Position numbers and translations under genes: made by a program
Sequence record: SRR22947725_396
Reading direction: 5' to 3' (one strand)
DNA length: 36,414 nt
The notes under the pieces: generated by a model
What the model was told of the DNA's origin: nothing
What the model saw: only the letters and a program-made list of their open reading frames with translations
Databases searched by the model: none
Shown: positions 28,681 through 36,414 of the stretch, piece by piece
Layout of the letters: every line of letters begins with the position of its first letter
How positions within the stretch are numbered: position 1 is the first letter of the stretch

Positions 28681-29829
28681 TTATAGGTATTTTTTTAACT
28701 TTGTATTGTCGTAGTCATAATGCATATTTCTATTTTTTTCTCTAATTGAAATTAACTTCCAGTCTGAATTTTTTATTTTTATCAAGTTGTCTAAAATTCT
28801 ATTTACTTCATTCAGAGATATTTCGTTAGAATAAAATAACCCTTTTTTTGAATAATTAAGTGGCCATCCAAATCTCCAATCATCATAAGGAGTGATTTTT
28901 TGACCAAAAAATGCTACTTTTTTATCTCTACCTAAAGCCTCATACCCCAAGGTACTTTCACAAGTTACAATAATATCAAATTTATCAATAATTTGATAAT
29001 TTGAAGAAGTTTTTTTTCTTTTTAAAAATTTCCAGTTACGATTTGGAAGGTTTTTTTTATAACTAAATTCTTCCTCTTTATGTTTATCGAGGAGTGCACC
29101 CAATATAAAAAGGTTATTATTAGTGTTAATACAAAATTTATTTACCAAATTTGATAACTTAATTTGATTATTGATAACATCCTTCCAATATATTTTTTTT
29201 CCATTAGACCATGTTTCAAAAATTTCATTTTTTTTTTTATTTCTAAAACTTGAAATAAACAATATTTTTGGTTTACTAAATGATCCTTTATATAATTGTC
29301 TTTTTTTTATTTGATTACTTTTGAAAGATCCAATCGGTATAACTTTCACATCAATATATTTTTTAATATAGCTAGATATATTTGTTCCAAATGAAAAATA
29401 ATAATCTGCAGATAATTTTTTATCATTTATTTCTTTGTGGTCAAACATATCATGAAATTTTGATCTAAGTCCATTCTGAAAAGCTAAAAACTTGACATTA
29501 TTTCTAAAATATTTTTTTAACTTGTAAAATCTTAAATCATTATCTGTGGCAGTCAAAACTCTCTTTGGTTTATATCTAAAAATTTGAGCACATATGAATG
29601 CTATAAAAAAACCATCATTAAAGATTACTTTAATAAGTTTTATGATGATTAAAAGTTCTCTATTGATAAAAAAAAAATAAAATAATTTAATTAATTCTAA
29701 AATAATTTTAGCTTTTTTATAACTTCGAAAATTAATTATTTTTGTAGTTTTTAAGTTAATTAATTTTTGAAAAATTTTTTTATCAATATTATCGTAAATT
29801 AAGTATTTATAATTCAGATTTTTAAACAT
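28681..29829 (-). CDS. Putative surface-polysaccharide biosynthesis protein / GT-B-like transferase
   Basis: FQNG.R, IGSFKSN, FISSF and ESTLGYEAL motifs typical of uncharacterised O-antigen-cluster proteins; operon context. Confidence 0.5.
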   Translation of the reverse strand: MFKNLNYKYLIYDNIDKKIFQKLINLKTTKIINFRSYKKAKIILELIKLFYFFFINRELLIIIKLIKVIFNDGFFIAFICAQIFRYKPKRVLTATDNDLRFYKLKKYFRNNVKFLAFQNGLRSKFHDMFDHKEINDKKLSADYYFSFGTNISSYIKKYIDVKVIPIGSFKSNQIKKRQLYKGSFSKPKILFISSFRNKKKNEIFETWSNGKKIYWKDVINNQIKLSNLVNKFCINTNNNLFILGALLDKHKEEEFSYKKNLPNRNWKFLKRKKTSSNYQIIDKFDIIVTCESTLGYEALGRDKKVAFFGQKITPYDDWRFGWPLNYSKKGLFYSNEISLNEVNRILDNLIKIKNSDWKLISIREKNRNMHYDYDNTKLKKYL

Positions 29830-29836
29830 CTAAATA

Positions 29837-30385
29837 CTAAAACTTTGCTTTAGCAATATAGTCTACAATAGATAAAAGCCATGTATGATGTATCATTTCA
29901 ATGAAATTATAATTTTTACTATTTAACCAAAGATTTACATGGCCAATTTTTTTTACTTTATTTAGTTCACTAAATCCTGTTAAAGTTACCACTTTACAAC
30001 CAAATTTTTTTGCAAATTTAGCTCCATTTATAATATTTTTTGACTCACCACTGCTACTTATTGCTATAAGTAAATCTCCTTTGTCTGCATGAAAATATAA
30101 TGCTTGTTTAACCCAATTTTCATAACCATAATCATTTGAAAAACAGGTCAAAAGATCAGGCTCATTAAAGTTAATGGCTCTTATTTCACACATTTTAGTC
30201 AAATCAACACTTACATGACTTGCCATAGCAGCACTTCCACCATTACCTACTAATATAATTTTTTTTTTATTTTTTTTAATTTCTCTTATTAATTTAACAA
30301 TTTTTAAAAATTTTTTTTGATCAATTTCTATCAAAAGTTTGGAAAGTTTAGTTAAATACTTTGTAAAATAATTAGGTTTATTCAT
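29837..30385 (-). CDS. gmhA: SIS-domain sugar-phosphate isomerase, GmhA-like
   Basis: GNGGSAAMASH, NDYGY, ISSSGES.N and LTGF; lies near hddA and hddC-gmhB. Confidence 0.82.
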   Translation of the reverse strand: MNKPNYFTKYLTKLSKLLIEIDQKKFLKIVKLIREIKKNKKKIILVGNGGSAAMASHVSVDLTKMCEIRAINFNEPDLLTCFSNDYGYENWVKQALYFHADKGDLLIAISSSGESKNIINGAKFAKKFGCKVVTLTGFSELNKVKKIGHVNLWLNSKNYNFIEMIHHTWLLSIVDYIAKAKF

Positions 30386-30416
30386 TATTTTCTATACCAT
30401 TGATTGATTTATAATG

Positions 30417-31505
30417 TCAATTTTTTAACAGATGTTTATTTAGTTCTTTTAATTCATTTTTAACAAAAACATAATCTACTTTGACATCTGACTTTATAAT
30501 ATCAATTAAGGCTGGTCCATTTAACCCGCAAAAAAATCTAATATTTTTCTTTATTCTAGATGGGACAAAAAACTTTAAAATATTTACTAAATTTGTATTC
30601 AATTTTTGTTTCTGTTTTTTTTTGACTGAAATTTCTATAGATCTTTTAAAAAGATCATTTATTTTATTAAATGAAGTAACGTCTTTTTTAATAGAGTTCA
30701 CCTCATCACTTAAAATTAAAAAAAAATTATCTAAATATCCTGATAAATACAATTTATATATCTTAAAATCATATGAGAATTGATAATTAGATGCTTTTCC
30801 AATCAATTGTTTTATTCCAATGAAATTTTTTCTTTTATTTACATCATCATCAGCTCTAATCCATGTAATTTGATTAAGATTTTTTACTTTTCCATGAATA
30901 CAACTAATAAATATAGAACAAAATTCAGCCATTAAATCAAATTTATTTCCATATTTTTTTTGACATATCTTTAAAACTTTAATTTGGCTTTTAAAAACAT
31001 TTGTACGCTGAACAGCATGGTATAGTGCGGGACTAAAAGACTTTAAATAACTATTCATTCTTAAATATAAATCATTTTGTTTGAGGCTTTCATTCTCTTT
31101 AAAAATCTCTTTGATATATATTTTTCTTTTATATCTTGAATGAAGTCCACATTTTCCAATAATTGCTGAATATTCTTTTTTATTATCTAAATAATTAATT
31201 GATGAAATTAAAGCTGATGGAATATAATAATCATTATCTGCTTCTAACTTCATATATTTTGTTTTAACAAATTTTTTTGCAAAAAAAATTCTTTCATATC
31301 GATTTTCAGTTGGTAAGTGAAAATATTTTATTTGTTTAAATTTTTTAATTTTTTCTATAAAATTTTTTTTTAAAGATTTTGGACTTCCATCAATAATCAA
31401 AACTTTAAATTGAAAATTTCTTAAATACTCAATTTTTTTTTTTAATTCTTTGTGTCTTTTATACGAGGGAATTATAATTGTGAGTTTTTTTGAAACATTT
31501 TTCAT
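30417..31505 (-). CDS. GT-A fold glycosyltransferase (GT2-like)
   Basis: IIIPSYKR, IIDGS, DxD-like ADNDY and YHAVQR. Confidence 0.75.
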   Translation of the reverse strand: MKNVSKKLTIIIPSYKRHKELKKKIEYLRNFQFKVLIIDGSPKSLKKNFIEKIKKFKQIKYFHLPTENRYERIFFAKKFVKTKYMKLEADNDYYIPSALISSINYLDNKKEYSAIIGKCGLHSRYKRKIYIKEIFKENESLKQNDLYLRMNSYLKSFSPALYHAVQRTNVFKSQIKVLKICQKKYGNKFDLMAEFCSIFISCIHGKVKNLNQITWIRADDDVNKRKNFIGIKQLIGKASNYQFSYDFKIYKLYLSGYLDNFFLILSDEVNSIKKDVTSFNKINDLFKRSIEISVKKKQKQKLNTNLVNILKFFVPSRIKKNIRFFCGLNGPALIDIIKSDVKVDYVFVKNELKELNKHLLKN

Positions 31506-31512
31506 AAAAAAT

Positions 31513-32703
31513 TTATTGATATATTTTGCTCACTATATCAAATAAAGACTTATCTTTTTGTAAATTGTAATAAGGTATACATGCTTTGTCTGCTGCTTCT
31601 TTATCGCTAATTTGATCACCAATAAAAGGTGTGGATGTTAAATCTATGTTGAAAAGTTTTTGTGCAGCATAAAACATTCCTGCTTCGGGTTTTCTGCACT
31701 TACAATTGTCATTCCAATGATGAGGACAAAAAATAATTATTTTTAAATTTAATCCAATTTTTTCAAATTCTTTTTTTATATAGTTATGAATTTTATTGAT
31801 TGACTCTAAACTTAATTTACCCCGTGAAATACCAGCCTGATTAGTGATAATAATAACATCAACTTTTTTTTTGCCCAAGAATTTAAGAGCTTTTTGAGTT
31901 CCAGCTTTAAATTTAAATTCACTCAAATCCTTTACATAATTTCCTTTTTTTGGTTTAGTGTTGATAACTCCATCTCGATCTAGAAATATATATTTCCTTC
32001 TTGTAGAAAAAAAATTAAATGTAATAAAGTACTTTGTTATATTCGTAAGACTATAATATCTATGTGATGTTGCGTATGCAGATAAGTTTTTTGTTTTAAT
32101 TAGTTTTTTTAATATATCTTTTTCAAATATTGAATTTTTGTTTTTGTCATTTATATAATTAACATATTTTTTTTTTAACAAAAAAAATCCAATATTTATA
32201 TAATCATAATTTTTTACCCTTTTTTCATCATAATCTAAAATTACATTGTTTTCACCCAATTTAATGTTTGATGACGAATAATTATCTGTATTTTTATAAA
32301 TTACAGCTTGATTTTCTTTTTTGTTTAAAATGTACGACTGCCAAATTTTTTTGAAGTCAAATGGCCAAAAATTATCTCCATAAAGCAAGAAGAAAAAATC
32401 ATTGAGGTAATTTTTTGCAGCTTTTAATCTTGCTCCAGTGTTAAAATTAGGAGGTGAATAACAAAAAGAAATCTTTATTTTTAAATTTGAACAATGCTTT
32501 AAAAGATCATTAAATTTTTGACTTTGGTAACCCACTAAAATTAAAACTTCTGAAAAGCTATTTTTTTCTAATTCTTTTATTATATAATAAATAAACGGAT
32601 ATCCATTTATATCGATCATTGGTTTGGGGCAATTTTCGGTTAAGGGGTGTAACCTTGTGCCCTTACCACCTGCTAAGATTACAGCTTGTTTGGGTCTTTG
32701 CAT
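31513..32703 (-). CDS. Fused heptose-1-phosphate guanylyltransferase (HddC-like) and heptose-1,7-bisphosphate phosphatase (GmhB, HAD-IIIA)
   Basis: N-terminal LAGGKGTRL, PKPM and LYGD; C-terminal FLDRDGVIN, TNQAG, CPH...CKCRKP and IGDQISD. Confidence 0.9.
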   Translation of the reverse strand: MQRPKQAVILAGGKGTRLHPLTENCPKPMIDINGYPFIYYIIKELEKNSFSEVLILVGYQSQKFNDLLKHCSNLKIKISFCYSPPNFNTGARLKAAKNYLNDFFFLLYGDNFWPFDFKKIWQSYILNKKENQAVIYKNTDNYSSSNIKLGENNVILDYDEKRVKNYDYINIGFFLLKKKYVNYINDKNKNSIFEKDILKKLIKTKNLSAYATSHRYYSLTNITKYFITFNFFSTRRKYIFLDRDGVINTKPKKGNYVKDLSEFKFKAGTQKALKFLGKKKVDVIIITNQAGISRGKLSLESINKIHNYIKKEFEKIGLNLKIIIFCPHHWNDNCKCRKPEAGMFYAAQKLFNIDLTSTPFIGDQISDKEAADKACIPYYNLQKDKSLFDIVSKIYQ

Positions 32704-32724
32704 AAAAATTATTTATTATGAAAA

Positions 32725-33750
32725 TTACTCTTTACCAGTATTTAGTTGAGTATTTTTTTCATTCTCTATTCTATCTCGCCAATAATTTAAAGTGTCTAGA
32801 AGTATCTTATCAATATTTATTTTAGGCTTCCAATTAGTTTTCTGCATAAATTTTTTCATGTCTCCAATTAAAAAAGGAACGTTTGTTGGTCTAACATATT
32901 CTTTAGCAGTTTTTATTATGACGTCACTTTTTTTTATTTTTGACATGTCTATTAATTTATAAAGAATTTCTTCAAAGGTATATACTGAGCTTTCATCACT
33001 ATTTCCTATTAAATATAACTCACCTGGATCGCACATATTTGCAGCTAGCCAATATGCTTCAACCATATCCTCTATATGGGTAAAATTTCTTTTATCTTTT
33101 AAATGTCCAGTTGAAATTATAGGTTCTTGTAAATTTTTCTCTATTCTTGCAATTTGATATGAAAACCAAGGAATACCAAAAACTTTTTCTCTTCTAGGAC
33201 CTTCGTGATTAAAAGCTCTAGTTCTTATAACTTTTAATCCATAAGATTGATTATAAACGTAGCCTATTAAATCTTGTGCAATTTTAGATACAGCATAAGG
33301 ATTTACAGGTCTTAAAACGCTTGTTTCAGAAATTGGCAATTCATTTTCATTTACTAGACCATACTCCTCTCCTGATCCAGGTATATGAAAAACTGTATTA
33401 AATTTTTTAAGTCTTTGTAATGCATCCAATAAATTTACTGTTCCAAGATAATTAACGTCCATGTATCTTCTTGGGTGCCTCCAAGAGGGTGAAACAAAAC
33501 TTTCTGCCGCACAATGAAATATTATTTTAGGATCGATCTCTTCAATAAGGTCAAGTGTTGCTCTTGCATCTGTTATATCACAATCAAACCAGTTAATTTT
33601 ATTAAAAATATGCTTAACATGTTCTAACCTTGACAAGTGGTATCTTTTAGTTCCATGAATTTCTATGTCATCATGGTTTTTTAAAATGTAGTCGGCCAAG
33701 TGTGATCCCACAAATCCAGTAATTCCAGTGATTAATATTTTTTTTTTCAT
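32725..33750 (-). CDS. GDP-mannose 4,6-dehydratase-family enzyme, probably acting on GDP-heptose
   Basis: TGITGFVGSHL, HCAAESFV, GSGEEYG, NPYAVSK and RAFNHEGPRR; lies between hddA and hddC-gmhB. Confidence 0.82.
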   Translation of the reverse strand: MKKKILITGITGFVGSHLADYILKNHDDIEIHGTKRYHLSRLEHVKHIFNKINWFDCDITDARATLDLIEEIDPKIIFHCAAESFVSPSWRHPRRYMDVNYLGTVNLLDALQRLKKFNTVFHIPGSGEEYGLVNENELPISETSVLRPVNPYAVSKIAQDLIGYVYNQSYGLKVIRTRAFNHEGPRREKVFGIPWFSYQIARIEKNLQEPIISTGHLKDKRNFTHIEDMVEAYWLAANMCDPGELYLIGNSDESSVYTFEEILYKLIDMSKIKKSDVIIKTAKEYVRPTNVPFLIGDMKKFMQKTNWKPKINIDKILLDTLNYWRDRIENEKNTQLNTGKE

Positions 33751-34763
33751 TATAAAAAAACTGACCCTTCACTATCACTATAAACATTTAAAGAAAATAC
33801 TTTTTTTTTAGATAGTTTTTTTTGAAATTGATCAACATTTTTAATACCAGTAACAAAAATAAATCCACCAGCACCTGCTCCTAAAAGTTTTAATCCAAGC
33901 TTATCTTTATTTATAGAGAATATTTTGGATATAATTTTTTCAATTTTGTTGTTTGAAATAGCATTATTTAATTTCTTTTTAATAAGCCAACTTTTGTTTA
34001 AACTATCTATAAAAGAATTATTTAATTTACTAAAGTTTTTACCATTATATTTAGACGCTTCCTTATAAAATTTATCACAAATAATCTTAATTTTTAATGT
34101 ATCGTCGTTAATCAAACCCTTTTTTAAATCTTTTACTTGTTTGCTCAAAATTACCTCGCTTGGTCGTAGAATTCCTGTCCATATTAATAAAGAATTTGAT
34201 AAAATCTTCTTTATAAATTTTTCAACCTTAACACTTTTTTTAATTATGACATTTTCATCAGGTTTAAACTTTAAATAATTTATACCTCCTACAGAGCAAG
34301 CGTATTGATCTTGTTTTCCTATAGGCTTTTTAATTCTATTAATTTCGATATGACAAGCTTCTTGAGCTAATTCTTTATTATTTTTTTTTATACCCATCAA
34401 ACAATATACTGCTTTAAGTAAACCGACTGTAAATGCGCTTGATGAACCAAGGCCTGAAGAAGATGGGAGGTCTGAAGTAGAATTAATATAGATTGGATCT
34501 TTAAATTTGCAGTGTTTAAGTGTTTCTCTTACAATGTCATTCTGAATACTCTTTATATTATTTCTTAATTCAGTAGTGGAATAAACAATTCTATATTTTT
34601 CATCAAATAATTTACTATGTCTTTTAACTCCAACATAAACATAATGGTTAATTGTAGTAGTTAATGTTGCACCACTATTATCTTTGTAAAAACTTTTAAT
34701 ATCAGATCCTCCTCCTAGAAATGATATTCTATGAGGTGTTTTAGTTATTACAAAATTTTTCAT
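33750..34763 (-). CDS. hddA: D-glycero-D-manno-heptose-7-phosphate kinase (GHMP family)
   Basis: PHRISFLGGGSD, PSSSGLGSSS, GKQDQY and KLLGAGAGGF. Confidence 0.9.
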   Translation of the reverse strand: MKNFVITKTPHRISFLGGGSDIKSFYKDNSGATLTTTINHYVYVGVKRHSKLFDEKYRIVYSTTELRNNIKSIQNDIVRETLKHCKFKDPIYINSTSDLPSSSGLGSSSAFTVGLLKAVYCLMGIKKNNKELAQEACHIEINRIKKPIGKQDQYACSVGGINYLKFKPDENVIIKKSVKVEKFIKKILSNSLLIWTGILRPSEVILSKQVKDLKKGLINDDTLKIKIICDKFYKEASKYNGKNFSKLNNSFIDSLNKSWLIKKKLNNAISNNKIEKIISKIFSINKDKLGLKLLGAGAGGFIFVTGIKNVDQFQKKLSKKKVFSLNVYSDSEGSVFL

Positions 34764-34785
34764 TCGATTTTTTAATTTACTCTAT

Positions 34786-35682
34786 TTATACTTTTTTTAA
34801 GCTTAATTTTATAAAATCTACAATAAATTTTTTAAGATTTAAACTAACATTAGATTTAAACTTTATTTTTTGAGTAATTTTAAATTTCTTAAATTTTTGT
34901 TTTTGTTTTTTATCAAAAGTAACTCTGGTTTTTTTTTTACTTAATTTTTTATATATAGCACTACATATTCTTGCAAAATCAAGAACAGTTATTATCAAAC
35001 CTTTTGCATTTGATATGACAAGTTTTTTTTTTGTGTTCTGATTTATCCAATTAGAAACTATTTTTCCTATATCCTCATTATATGAAAAATTTCTAAATTG
35101 TTTTCCAGATGATTTTAGTATTATCTCATTATTTTTTACAAGTGAGTTGGGAAATGAGTGTTGTATTAAATTAGGTCTAGAATTCTTATTTTTTTGTTTT
35201 GAAAATCCATAAACTACTCCAGGTCTAATAATTAAACCTTTACAACTTTTAATTTTGGAGAACTTTTTTATTATATTTTCACTTTCAAGGTGGCATTTTT
35301 CATAGATACTGGTTGCTTTTACTTTGGATTTATTCTCATCAAATACAGCTATCATTGGTTTATAGAAATTTGAATAAACTCTCTGTGAAGATATATAAAC
35401 AAAATTTGTACACTTGCTAATCAATAAATATCTGACTAATTTATTAAGCGCTTTATTTGATCTTTTAAGGGAAGATGCGTTTCCATACTTTTTGATTTCT
35501 TCGTCTGTTACACCTGCTGCGTGTATAAATAAATCAAATTTTATTTTTTTATTAATTAAATACTCATCATCTTTTCTATTATAGATCTTGCTGTTTAAGA
35601 TATAAACTTCGTGCTCTTTTGACAATACCGTATTGATACCATTGCCAATCACACCAGTACCTCCTAAGATTAATATTTTCAT
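34786..35682 (-). CDS. NAD(P)-dependent extended SDR, putative 4-keto-sugar reductase
   Basis: LGGTGVIG, IHAAG, YISS, YEKCH (YxxxH), RPGVVYG and SSGKQFRNF. Confidence 0.8.
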   Translation of the reverse strand: MKILILGGTGVIGNGINTVLSKEHEVYILNSKIYNRKDDEYLINKKIKFDLFIHAAGVTDEEIKKYGNASSLKRSNKALNKLVRYLLISKCTNFVYISSQRVYSNFYKPMIAVFDENKSKVKATSIYEKCHLESENIIKKFSKIKSCKGLIIRPGVVYGFSKQKNKNSRPNLIQHSFPNSLVKNNEIILKSSGKQFRNFSYNEDIGKIVSNWINQNTKKKLVISNAKGLIITVLDFARICSAIYKKLSKKKTRVTFDKKQKQKFKKFKITQKIKFKSNVSLNLKKFIVDFIKLSLKKV

Positions 35683-35693
35683 TAATTAAATTG

Positions 35694-36224
35694 TCAATCT
35701 ACAAAATTTTTATGATTTGTATCTTTATTTGAAATGATTTTAGGTTTAATTGGCCACTTAAATCTAAAAGTAGGATCATTATATCTAATACCTTTTTCAT
35801 TTTTTGGATTATAATATTGAGAACAATAATAATGTATAATTGTATTGTTCTTTAAAGTCATAAAAGAATTTGCACACCCTTTTGGAACATGAAGCATTTT
35901 TCTATTGTCTGAGCTAATTGTAACCGAAACCCATTTTTTATAAGTTTTTGAGTTTTTTCTTAAATCAACTACAACATCATAAAATTTACCCCTTATGCAA
36001 GATAAAGTTTTTGCTTCTTGAAAAGGATATTTTTGATAATGAAAACCTCTCAATGTTCCTAAGAATTTATTTTCAGATATGTTGCTTTGTCTAACTTTAA
36101 ATTCAATATTTTTTTTTTTAAATTCCTTAGCACAAAAATGTCTTCTGAAAAGACCTCTTTTATCCTTGTATGGTTCTGGAGATATTAAATAAACTCCTTT
36201 AATTTTTAATTCCTTAAATATCAT
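35694..36224 (-). CDS. rmlC: RmlC-family cupin 3,5-epimerase
   Basis: DKRG.F, GTLRGFHYQ, DVVVDLR..S.TY..W, VPKGCA, GIRYNDP and IS.KD. Confidence 0.9.
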   Translation of the reverse strand: MIFKELKIKGVYLISPEPYKDKRGLFRRHFCAKEFKKKNIEFKVRQSNISENKFLGTLRGFHYQKYPFQEAKTLSCIRGKFYDVVVDLRKNSKTYKKWVSVTISSDNRKMLHVPKGCANSFMTLKNNTIIHYYCSQYYNPKNEKGIRYNDPTFRFKWPIKPKIISNKDTNHKNFVD

Positions 36225-36414
36225 TTAAAATTTTTTTTATTAATCTTTAGAAATTTATATATAAATCAGTTTTTTACTAAATTAAACTTACAAATATATT
36301 TTAAAAAAAACTATTTTATTTAAAACAATTTAAGGGATTTAAATTAAAGATTTTTTGAAAGCTCTAATATTATCATTTACTATATTAAAAATTTTTTTCA
36401 GTGCATAAATCAAG

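Noticed and set aside
1611-30783. Short antisense ORFs in the track (1611-1859, 4765-5049, 8411-8623, 10556-10753, 12801-13037, 15955-16158, 17455-17742, 17904-18143, 24005-24214, 25024-25248, 25516-25728, 25793-26023, 28331-28609, 30481-30783)
   Set aside because: All lie opposite well-supported genes, are F/L/I-rich mirror translations of Lys-rich codons, and have no motifs.
36339-36413. Possible 3' end of an upstream minus-strand gene (LIYALKKIFNIVNDNIRAFKKSLI*)
   Set aside because: Only 24 codons with no recognisable motif; it cannot be supported without flanking sequence.
1-36414. CRISPR arrays, tRNA/rRNA genes, IS elements, prophage or defence genes, intrinsic terminators
   Set aside because: Nearly all sequence is accounted for by glycan genes. 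I saw no spaced repeats, GC-rich structured RNA, transposase motifs or GC hairpin plus U-tract.

Overview
This is a very AT-rich (roughly 20-25% GC by eye), gene-dense window made up entirely of surface-glycan biosynthesis genes. The style resembles a streamlined marine bacterium's hypervariable glycosylation island, such as the Pelagibacterales HVR2, but the taxonomy cannot be proven from this window. Four modules are visible. (1) 1-3809 (-): ABC flippase-like exporter, a Neisseria SiaC-like neuB and an atypical neuC. (2) 3874-10928 (+): an oppositely oriented cassette of four NAD(P)-dependent enzymes, a TIM-barrel isomerase, a variant KdsB-like cytidylyltransferase and a putative transferase. 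It is followed by a divergent sulfotransferase/asnB pair. (3) 13845-26610 (-): a GDP-linked legionaminic-acid-type pathway (legB, legC, ptmE-like, legG, legI) with an amidotransferase trio (WbuX/PseA-like, HisH-like, HisF-like), a methyltransferase, an ATP-grasp enzyme, an aminotransferase and a 2-hydroxyacid dehydrogenase, but no acetyltransferase. (4) 26813-36224 (-): GDP-heptose synthesis and modification (RmlC-like epimerase, reductase, hddA, dehydratase, hddC-gmhB fusion, gmhA), two putative transferases and two Gfo/Idh/MocA oxidoreductases. I saw no RNA genes, mobile elements or CRISPR arrays. The best candidates for new biology are the synthase-less variant-KdsB cassette and the apparent ATP-grasp replacement of the LegH acetylation step. 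All family calls come from motif recognition, not database searches.
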